Source of the DNA: Vulcanimicrobiota bacterium
GTDB taxonomy: Bacteria; Vulcanimicrobiota; Xenobia; Xenobiales; JADMJV01
DNA length: 64,000 bases
Reading direction: 5' to 3'
NCBI GenBank assembly: GCA_050250895.1
Contig: JBFWNU010000006.1
Coordinates: 215,513-279,512 of the forward strand
Positions 57,146-64,000 of this stretch are shown one piece after another. The notes under the pieces were generated by a model, which was not told where the DNA came from, searched no databases, and saw nothing but the letters and a program-made list of their open reading frames with translations. The translations under genes and the position numbers were made by a program. How positions within the stretch are numbered: the first letter of the stretch is position 1; each line of letters opens with the position of its first letter.

Positions 57146-58726
57146 ATGAGTAGCAACCTCTATCAGCACGTTTCCCAGGCTCCCACCAGACCGACCCCCG
57201 GCCAGGTGCGCAAGACCTTCGACGTGGCCGACCTCTACGTCGGCCCGGCGGTGAGCCAGCCAGTGGGCGTCGACGCCGATCTGCCGCTCGACGAGAAGCT
57301 GCGGCAGGCCTATTTCTGGATCGTCAATCACGCGATCATCAGCCCCCACTACGACATCGAATATCAAGATGGTCCCTCGGCCACCTTCGAATTTGGCGAC
57401 CTCAAGAGCCGCCTGGTCTTGCCTTCGGCCCAGAGCTACTCGAGCTTCGTGTTGATTCCGCTGCTGAACTTCGCGGTGCGCCAAAGGTGTCTGCTGGTGG
57501 GCGGTCCCGGGCGAGGCAAGACGGCCACCGCTATCTTGATGGGGATCCTGGCGGGCTATTCGCTGCAGGAGGTTCGTCGAGCCGTTCAACATGGCCAACC
57601 GCAGATGACCATTTCAGACCTTTTGGGCAACCCGCTGCCGGCCGACCTGATCGGGGCTCAGAAGATGGAGGACATCCGCATCTCATGGAGGCGCTGGCTG
57701 TCGATGCGGGTCAAGATCATCGACGAGTACAACCGCATTCCTACCAGGACCCAGTCGGCCCTGCTGACGGTGCTGGCGGATAACTACGCCGAGATTCTCG
57801 ATCACCTTTACGAGTGTCCCAAGGCGGCCTGGTTCTTGACCGCTAACGACGACCAGGGAGGCGGCACCTATCAGGTCATCGAGGCTTTGCGTGACCGCAT
57901 CGATGTGGTGGTCCGGGCTTTGCACTTCAACAGTCGCTTCTTCCACGAGTTGCTCACGCGGATCGAAGAAGGTATCGCCCCCGAAGAGGTGGTGCCATCG
58001 CAACTGATCTTTTGCGCCGACCAGATGGAGCAGGTTCATCAAGAGATCCTGGCTGTGGCCTTGCCGCGAGCCTTGCGCCGGCGACTCGAGTTCTTTTCGA
58101 GCCAGTTCGAGTTCTTCGAGCCCGGTGGTCTGCAGTTGGAATACAAGACCAAAGACAATCTGAAGCTGTCGGGTGTGGCTCGCCATCTGCTAGGCGATGA
58201 AAGCGGCAAGGACAAACTCAAAGACCTGGGCGTGCAGACCTCAAACGGTCTGTCGGTGCGGGCCATGTTGGGGCTGTTGACCTTTGTGAAGGCCATGGCC
58301 TACTTTCGCGGCAACCGCGAGGTCGAACTCGAGGATATACGCCAGATCTTGCCATTCTGCTTGCATGACAAGCTGGTGCCGGAGCCCGACGCCCCTTTCT
58401 TCGAGGTGCCTGGCAACCAGGTCTTGCGGGTGGATCGGGTGAGCTGGATTCGACGTTTGTGGGATCTGTCTTGCGCTGACTACGACCGTCTCAATCTCGA
58501 CTCCGACGACCCGGTCGCCGAACTCGAAAGCGAGTTCCAGGCGGGTCTTGAGGGGTTGGGCGAACCCGAGGTGAAAAAGCGTCTGGTCAAGATCGAGCGC
58601 CTGCTCAAGGAGTGGAGTCGTGGTCGCAAACTCTACGGCCCGATGTATGACGACATCCTGATGCTCAAGTATCTCCATCAGCGCTACACCAACTATTTGC
58701 ACTGGCTGCGCTGGAGTCAAGCGTGA
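57146..58726 (+). CDS. MoxR-type AAA+ ATPase
   Basis: GGPGRGKT, IIDEYNR, QSALL, TAN, EALRDRID. Confidence 0.9.
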   Translation: MSSNLYQHVSQAPTRPTPGQVRKTFDVADLYVGPAVSQPVGVDADLPLDEKLRQAYFWIVNHAIISPHYDIEYQDGPSATFEFGDLKSRLVLPSAQSYSSFVLIPLLNFAVRQRCLLVGGPGRGKTATAILMGILAGYSLQEVRRAVQHGQPQMTISDLLGNPLPADLIGAQKMEDIRISWRRWLSMRVKIIDEYNRIPTRTQSALLTVLADNYAEILDHLYECPKAAWFLTANDDQGGGTYQVIEALRDRIDVVVRALHFNSRFFHELLTRIEEGIAPEEVVPSQLIFCADQMEQVHQEILAVALPRALRRRLEFFSSQFEFFEPGGLQLEYKTKDNLKLSGVARHLLGDESGKDKLKDLGVQTSNGLSVRAMLGLLTFVKAMAYFRGNREVELEDIRQILPFCLHDKLVPEPDAPFFEVPGNQVLRVDRVSWIRRLWDLSCADYDRLNLDSDDPVAELESEFQAGLEGLGEPEVKKRLVKIERLLKEWSRGRKLYGPMYDDILMLKYLHQRYTNYLHWLRWSQA

Positions 58727-59685
58727 GCCGCTTGCGCGAGGCCTTGCTGGCTCGCCGCGAGCGCTACAACACGGCCTTTGCGGTGGCCCGTCGGGCCAGA
58801 CCCTCGCTTTGCCCAGAGGTCTTCTCGGAGCACCTTCTGGAAGTGCTCGACCCCATCGTCGAGGCCCTCGAGCCCTCGAGTGGGAACGATTCGATCGAGC
58901 AACTTTACGACCTGTCGCTCGACCTGGTGGGCAGCGAGTTGTTGGGAGCAAACAGCCGTCATCCCGCGGTGGTGGCCGGGTGGGAGAAGTTATTACCGCG
59001 ACTGGGAAGGCTACTCTCGCTGCAGCCCCGGCGTCTGGCCGCCGAGTTGTCTAACGCTCTTTATCATCTCTCGGCCACTCCCGGGGCCCGTCCGCTTTTC
59101 TGGCTGGGTCGGATGCAGGACTACGCCGCCCGCTTTCGCGACCCCGACGAGTTGCGAGCGGTCGGTCAGGTGCTGGCCTGGATGGCAGGTCTGGCCCACT
59201 ATCGCGAGGGAGCCCTGCAGGTGCTGGCGAGTCTCGACGAGAGTTGGGCTCGCGAGTTGCTCGGTTGCGACTTGACCCAATTAAAGCAGTTGGCCGGCCG
59301 GCCCTGGACCGACCCCGAGACGGGGCCGCGCGACCGCCTCGAGATCGTGGCGCTCGTGGGGGCTTTTCGCGGCTTTGGGGGCCTATTCGTGCGTCCGCCC
59401 AGGGTGACTTCGGCCGGCCAGGACCGATTCATCCTCGACGACGGAGAGGCCCGCTTTTTGCTTTGTGCCGATCATTTCGGGGCTACCTTTCACCGCCTCG
59501 GCGAGTCGCTCAAGCACGAGGGGCCCGTGGCCAAGTTCAGTCTTTGGGAAGGGGTGCTGACCGTCGAGGGTCAGCACCTGGTCGACCCGGCCTTTCAACA
59601 GGTGATGTCGACGGCGGCCGGTCCCACCACCGTGGCGATCACCCGGGCCAACAGTCATTCCGTCTTGTTGGCGGCCGTGCGGTGA
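58723..59685 (+). CDS. Hypothetical protein in MoxR-VWA operon
   Basis: 320-aa ORF with GTGA overlaps at both ends; helical N-part, GAFRGFGG, beta-rich C-part. Confidence 0.8.
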   Translation: MSRLREALLARRERYNTAFAVARRARPSLCPEVFSEHLLEVLDPIVEALEPSSGNDSIEQLYDLSLDLVGSELLGANSRHPAVVAGWEKLLPRLGRLLSLQPRRLAAELSNALYHLSATPGARPLFWLGRMQDYAARFRDPDELRAVGQVLAWMAGLAHYREGALQVLASLDESWARELLGCDLTQLKQLAGRPWTDPETGPRDRLEIVALVGAFRGFGGLFVRPPRVTSAGQDRFILDDGEARFLLCADHFGATFHRLGESLKHEGPVAKFSLWEGVLTVEGQHLVDPAFQQVMSTAAGPTTVAITRANSHSVLLAAVR

Positions 59686-61376
59686 CCGACGGCGAGCGCC
59701 TGGCGGTGTGGCAGGCGGCCTGGCCCAGGGCGCTTGATCTCTGGAGCCGCTATACCCGCTTGAGCGAACCTCGCTGGTGCCTGGACGCGGCCCAGGAGAA
59801 GGCCCAGGGAATGGGCGACAGCATCGCCATGATCCGGCTAAACGATCAGGCGATTTGTGTTTCCTTTCCGCAGATCCAGCGCTTTGACCTGGACCGTTAC
59901 GCCCTGGTGATTCTGGCCCACGAGATCGGGCATCACGTCTATACACCCGGAGATCTCATCGATATGGGGCGTAGCCTGGCCCGAGTACGGGCCGCCTTGC
60001 CGACCCTGGAAGAGGCCGCTCCTATGGTCTGCAACATCTATGAAGACCTGCTCATCAACGACCGCCTCCATCGCTTTCATGACCTCGATGTGGCCGGGGT
60101 CTACCAGGCTATCAATCGGGTCAATGGCGGCGATGGGCGGTTATGGAACCTGATGATGCGCATCTTCGAGATTCTGTGGAGCCTGCAACGGGGCACCCTG
60201 GCCCGCGGCGTCGAGGATCAGATGGAGGGGGATGCCCAACTGGGAGCGCGTTTGATCCGCAACTATGCCCAGGACTGGGTCGAGGGAAGCGGTTCCTTCG
60301 GGTTGCTTTGCTTGCCCTATCTGCTCGAGGACAAGGAGGCCAATCGGGCTCAGGAGCAGGCTTTGATGGATGCCCTGAAAGCGGGGGCCGGAGCCGAGAT
60401 CCCCGGGGGACTGATCGTATCCGAGGGGGCGGTGGCAGTGCACCCCGCCGAACTCGACCAGGCCGAAGCCCAAGCCATTCGCACTGGTGAGGGCCAGTGT
60501 CGAGAACCCTTTGAATACGGTGCTCTACTCCGCGCCCTGGGCATGCAGCTTAGCGATGAAGAGGTGGCGGCTCGCTACTACCGCGAGCGGGCGCTGCCCT
60601 ACTTAATACCTTTTCCTACTCGCCAGCGCCCCGAAACGGCCGAGCCGTTGCTGGAGGGGCTCGAGAGTTGGGACATCGGTTTTCCCCTGGAAGACGTCGA
60701 TTGGCTCGAATCGGTGATGGTCAGCCCCAGGGTCGTGCCGGGGGTGACCACGGTGCAGCGGGTTTGGGGAACGATGGACGGCGTTCTTCCCGAGCCCGAA
60801 CCCATCGACCTCGATCTGTACGTCGACTGTTCGGGCTCGATGCCCGACCCTCGTCAGCGGGTGTCTTATTTGACGCTGGCCGGGGCCATCGTGGCCATCT
60901 CGTGTCTACGAGCCGGAGGCCGGGTCCAGATCACGCTGTGGAGTGGGCCGATGCAGTTCATCGCCAGCGACGGCTTTCTCCGCAACGAGAAAGAAATCAT
61001 GGCCACCCTGACGAGGTATCTGAGTGGCTCGACGGCCTTTCCCCTGCACATGTTTCGCCGGACCTATAGCCAGCGAAAGGCCCACGAGCGGCCGGTCCAT
61101 ATCTTGATTATCTCTGACGACGGGGTCGACACCATCGACCAGCCTGACGAACTGGGCAACCCGGGCCTGGAGTTGGCCCGGATGGCCCTCGAGAAAGCCG
61201 GCGCCGGTGGCACGATGGTCTTATACCTGTGGGCCAACCAGCGCGAGCGGCCGTTCTTTTCCACGGTCGAGCAGATGGGTTGGCGTATCTTCCAACTCAG
61301 GCAGTGGGAAGACCTGGTGGCCTTCGCGCGCGACTTCGCCAGAGAGCGGTTCGAAATAGCCGGATCGGCTCGTTGA
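59682..61376 (+). CDS. HExxH metallopeptidase-like + VWA domain protein
   Basis: AHEIGHH...NIYED; MIDAS DCSGSM, SGST, IISDD. Confidence 0.88.
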   Translation: MTDGERLAVWQAAWPRALDLWSRYTRLSEPRWCLDAAQEKAQGMGDSIAMIRLNDQAICVSFPQIQRFDLDRYALVILAHEIGHHVYTPGDLIDMGRSLARVRAALPTLEEAAPMVCNIYEDLLINDRLHRFHDLDVAGVYQAINRVNGGDGRLWNLMMRIFEILWSLQRGTLARGVEDQMEGDAQLGARLIRNYAQDWVEGSGSFGLLCLPYLLEDKEANRAQEQALMDALKAGAGAEIPGGLIVSEGAVAVHPAELDQAEAQAIRTGEGQCREPFEYGALLRALGMQLSDEEVAARYYRERALPYLIPFPTRQRPETAEPLLEGLESWDIGFPLEDVDWLESVMVSPRVVPGVTTVQRVWGTMDGVLPEPEPIDLDLYVDCSGSMPDPRQRVSYLTLAGAIVAISCLRAGGRVQITLWSGPMQFIASDGFLRNEKEIMATLTRYLSGSTAFPLHMFRRTYSQRKAHERPVHILIISDDGVDTIDQPDELGNPGLELARMALEKAGAGGTMVLYLWANQRERPFFSTVEQMGWRIFQLRQWEDLVAFARDFARERFEIAGSAR

Positions 61377-61381
61377 AGCCG

Positions 61382-61861
61382 TTATTTCTTGCCGATGTTC
61401 GTCAGAGCGGCGCTAATCCCGGCGGCGGCCAGGCCGGCTCCCGTGGCTAGAATGCCTCCCGCCAGCGGGTTGGCCGAGAGCGCGCCCACCGCGGCGCCGG
61501 CGGCGGTGCCGAGCACCCCCCCCGTGATGGCGGCGGGGAGGCTATTGTTGCTATTGCTCATGATGCCGCCCATGACATCGGCCCACATCCCCACGGCTCC
61601 CAGGGCGGTGGCTCCGAACAGTCCACCCGCTGCTGCGCCGGCCAGGGTATGAGTCAGGCCCGTGCCGGTGCCGGCGTAGAACCCCAGCGCCCCCGCTCCG
61701 GCGGCGGCGCCCAGGGTCAAGACCCATTTTCCGATCTTGGTCGGAAGGGGTGTGGTGGGTTCAAAGCCGTCACCGGGCTGCGTCGGTTCGGGGGAAGGTT
61801 GGGGGTTGGTTGCGGCCCGAGGCGTGATGGATGGCGTGGTTTGAAAAGGCTTGATCTGCAT
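61382..61861 (-). CDS. Glycine-zipper-like membrane protein with P/T/Q-rich leader
   Basis: AGGAG RBS; repeated GxxxG/AxxxG hydrophobic segments. Confidence 0.75.
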   Translation of the reverse strand: MQIKPFQTTPSITPRAATNPQPSPEPTQPGDGFEPTTPLPTKIGKWVLTLGAAAGAGALGFYAGTGTGLTHTLAGAAAGGLFGATALGAVGMWADVMGGIMSNSNNSLPAAITGGVLGTAAGAAVGALSANPLAGGILATGAGLAAAGISAALTNIGKK

Positions 61862-61977
61862 TGTGAATTCTCCTACTCGCCGAGTCTAGATTGGCCGTCT
61901 GAACCTACCCTGAAAACTTAAGCCAATCTTCAGGTTTGTCCCAGACTTGCTTCAGGCTGCTGGGCTAGGATCGGCTG

Positions 61978-63330
61978 GTGAGATTGTTGTTCAGAACATG
62001 GCTGCTGGTGTCGCTCCTGGGGCTACCGACGCTGGCCCAGGAGGCGCCACCTCAACTCACCGTGAGCGAGGCTGTGGCCACCGCCCTCGAAAACAACCAC
62101 GGTTTTCGTTCGGCCAACAAGACGGCCGAGGCCGCCGGCTATCGCAAAGATCAGGCCTATTCGTCCTACTATCCGAGCCTGGACCTCAGTTCCACCTTTC
62201 AGCACTCCGAGTCGCTCAGTTCGTCAGGCCGAAGCAGTGGGGGAGTGGCCGTCCAGCAAGGCGGGGTGTTCGTGGTCAGCAACTCCAACAGCAACGTGCG
62301 AGACAACCTGGGAGTGTCTCTCAACACTCGCTATGACCTTTTCAACGCCGTCCGCGGTCACAACACCGAGGCGGCCGAGAAGAGCTATGAGGCTGCCTTG
62401 TTCGACCTGGAGGGCACTCGCCTGGACCTGGCTCTGCAGGTGCGGCAGCTTTTCTACACCGCCTATCTCGATCAACAGTTGCTCGAGATTCGTGACCAGG
62501 AAGTATCCAACCGCGAGCGCCATCTCGAGCAGGCCGAGGGATTTCACCAATCCGGCCTCAGAGCCCGTAACGAGGTGGCCAGGGCCGAGGCGGATCTAGC
62601 TCAATCCAAGCTCGCCCAGGCCCGGGCTCGAGCTACCCTCGAGACCGATTGGATTGCCCTCAACGTAGCCATGGGTCGGCCCCAATCCGATCCTTATCAA
62701 CTGGTGCTCGACGAGGCCGACTCGGTGGTTCCGGAGGTGGCGACCGAAACGTTGGTCGAGGCCGCTTTCCAGCGCCGTCCCGAACTGCAGGGCCTGCTGG
62801 CCAGGCTGCAAGCCCAGTTCGCCCGGGTGGCGGCGGCCCGGGCCGGGCGCTATCCCAGTCTGGGCGTGAGCGCTGGTTACAACCTCAACGGCCAGCCGAC
62901 TCCCTTCGACCCCGCGTGGAACGTGGGTCTCTCGCTGAGCGTCCCGCTCTTTGACGGCTTTCTCGACGAGTATACGGCCAAAGAGGCCCAGGCTACGGCC
63001 GAGGCCATCTCTGAGGACTTCGAGCAGCAGCGGGATGTGGTTTATCGCGAGATCGCCAGTTTGATGGCCACCGTGCGTCAGACCCAGGTCCAGCTCGACA
63101 CGGCCCGCGTGGGCATTAGGGCCGCTGAAGAGAACTATCGACTGGCTTCAGAGCGCTACAAGGTCGGGGTAGGTACCGACCTGGAGTTGTCCGATGCCGA
63201 ACTGGCTCTCACCCAGGCTCGCTCTGAACTGGTTTCGGCCGAGAGCGCCCTTTTTCAGGCCCGGGCCCAGTTGGCCCGGGCGGTGGGGGTGTTCGACCTG
63301 GCCAACCTCGATCTGGAAGGTGATTCGTGA
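61978..63330 (+). CDS. TolC-family outer membrane protein
   Basis: Signal peptide; LTVSEAVATALENN, YYPSL, RYPSL, ERYKVG. Confidence 0.92.
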   Translation: MRLLFRTWLLVSLLGLPTLAQEAPPQLTVSEAVATALENNHGFRSANKTAEAAGYRKDQAYSSYYPSLDLSSTFQHSESLSSSGRSSGGVAVQQGGVFVVSNSNSNVRDNLGVSLNTRYDLFNAVRGHNTEAAEKSYEAALFDLEGTRLDLALQVRQLFYTAYLDQQLLEIRDQEVSNRERHLEQAEGFHQSGLRARNEVARAEADLAQSKLAQARARATLETDWIALNVAMGRPQSDPYQLVLDEADSVVPEVATETLVEAAFQRRPELQGLLARLQAQFARVAAARAGRYPSLGVSAGYNLNGQPTPFDPAWNVGLSLSVPLFDGFLDEYTAKEAQATAEAISEDFEQQRDVVYREIASLMATVRQTQVQLDTARVGIRAAEENYRLASERYKVGVGTDLELSDAELALTQARSELVSAESALFQARAQLARAVGVFDLANLDLEGDS

Positions 63331-64000
63331 AAAAGTTATTGATGGCTTTGATGGTGCTGCTGGTGGCCCTGGCCGTGTGGTGGTTTCTACCCACCAAAGC
63401 CAGCGCCCCCAGATATCGAACGGCCGAGGTGGAAGTGGGCGACGTGGCCCGCAAGGTCAGCGCCACCGGAACTTTGCAGGCCGTCACCCGCATCGATGTG
63501 GGTAGCGAGGTTTCAGGTCGCATCGCTAGCCTCGAGGTCGGATTCAATTCCACCGTAAAGCGTGGCGATGTGCTGGCTCGCCTGGATCCAGCCACGTTTC
63601 AGGCCCAGCTCGAACAGGCTCAGGCCAGCGTAAACAACGCCACCTCGGGCCTCAACAGTGCGGTGGCCGATGCGGGTAACGCGGCCGCCAACGTGCGCAC
63701 TGCCGAGGCCGCTATCAAGACAGCCCAGAGCAAGATCTTGCAGGCCCAGGCCAACGTCGCCAACGCCCGCGCCTCGGTGCACTCGGCCGAAGCGGCGGTG
63801 GCCAAGGCCAAAGCCGATTGGGTGGTGGCTTCGCGCAACAGTGAGCGCATGACCGAGTTGGCCGGCCGCGATCTGGTGGCCTTATCCGAGGCCGAGCAGG
63901 CGGTGGCTACCGGCCAGGGTTCGCAGGCCGGCGTCGAGACCGCCCAGGCGCAACTCGAGGGGGCTCAAGCCAATCTGCTTTCGAACCAGACCAACGTCGA
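63327..64000 (+). CDS. Efflux periplasmic adaptor (MacA/HlyD-like), 3' truncated by window
   Basis: From GTG 63327: KKLLMALMVLLVALAVWWF...VSATGTLQA...VGSEVSGRI...VKRGDVLARLDP, then coiled coil. Confidence 0.9.
   Translation, partial: MKKLLMALMVLLVALAVWWFLPTKASAPRYRTAEVEVGDVARKVSATGTLQAVTRIDVGSEVSGRIASLEVGFNSTVKRGDVLARLDPATFQAQLEQAQASVNNATSGLNSAVADAGNAAANVRTAEAAIKTAQSKILQAQANVANARASVHSAEAAVAKAKADWVVASRNSERMTELAGRDLVALSEAEQAVATGQGSQAGVETAQAQLEGAQANLLSNQTNV

Noticed and set aside
1-64000. Many long alternative-frame and antisense ORFs (e.g. 1999..2859, 10154..11137, 24414..25529, 27437..28669, 45546..46754)
   Set aside because: They overlap motif-supported genes and lack recognisable motifs; typical shadow ORFs of GC-rich DNA
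1-64000. Prophage, IS elements, tRNA or rRNA genes
   Set aside because: No integrase, transposase or phage structural motifs and no tRNA/rRNA-like sequence recognised by eye

Overview
GC-rich, densely coding bacterial chromosome segment with about 53 CDS. I saw no rRNA, tRNA, CRISPR array, integrase or transposase. TolC indicates a diderm cell; together with a Firmicutes-like M16-dapB-asd-aspartokinase...dapA gene order this suggests a Terrabacteria diderm such as Ca. Eremiobacterota (inference only). Positions 1-37 kb are accessory and signalling-rich; 40-57 kb are mostly housekeeping (M42, recN, dapB, asd, aspartokinase, dapA, aroA, aroE, aroK), followed by a MoxR/X/VWA operon and a TolC-MFP efflux pair. 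The best candidate novel system is at 1.2-8.7 kb: an operon of a LytS-type kinase with a decayed ATP-binding domain, a LytTR regulator, a signal-peptide CHAT protease and a signal-peptide caspase-family/DUF4384 protease. Three promoters there each carry a 9-12-9 LytTR-type direct repeat 32-33 nt upstream of a -10 box, tying two small secreted proteins into the same apparent regulon. Other observations: a KptA plus IMPase-ADP-ribosylglycohydrolase operon; signal-less hydrolases next to a tandem SMI1/KNR4 protein and a sigma28-like promoter; a REC-HD-GYP-TPR-BTAD fusion; frequent leaderless-type starts; strand-oriented (TAGACGG)n heptamers after stop codons; and an excess of CTCGAG. All calls come from motif recognition by eye, with no database searches.
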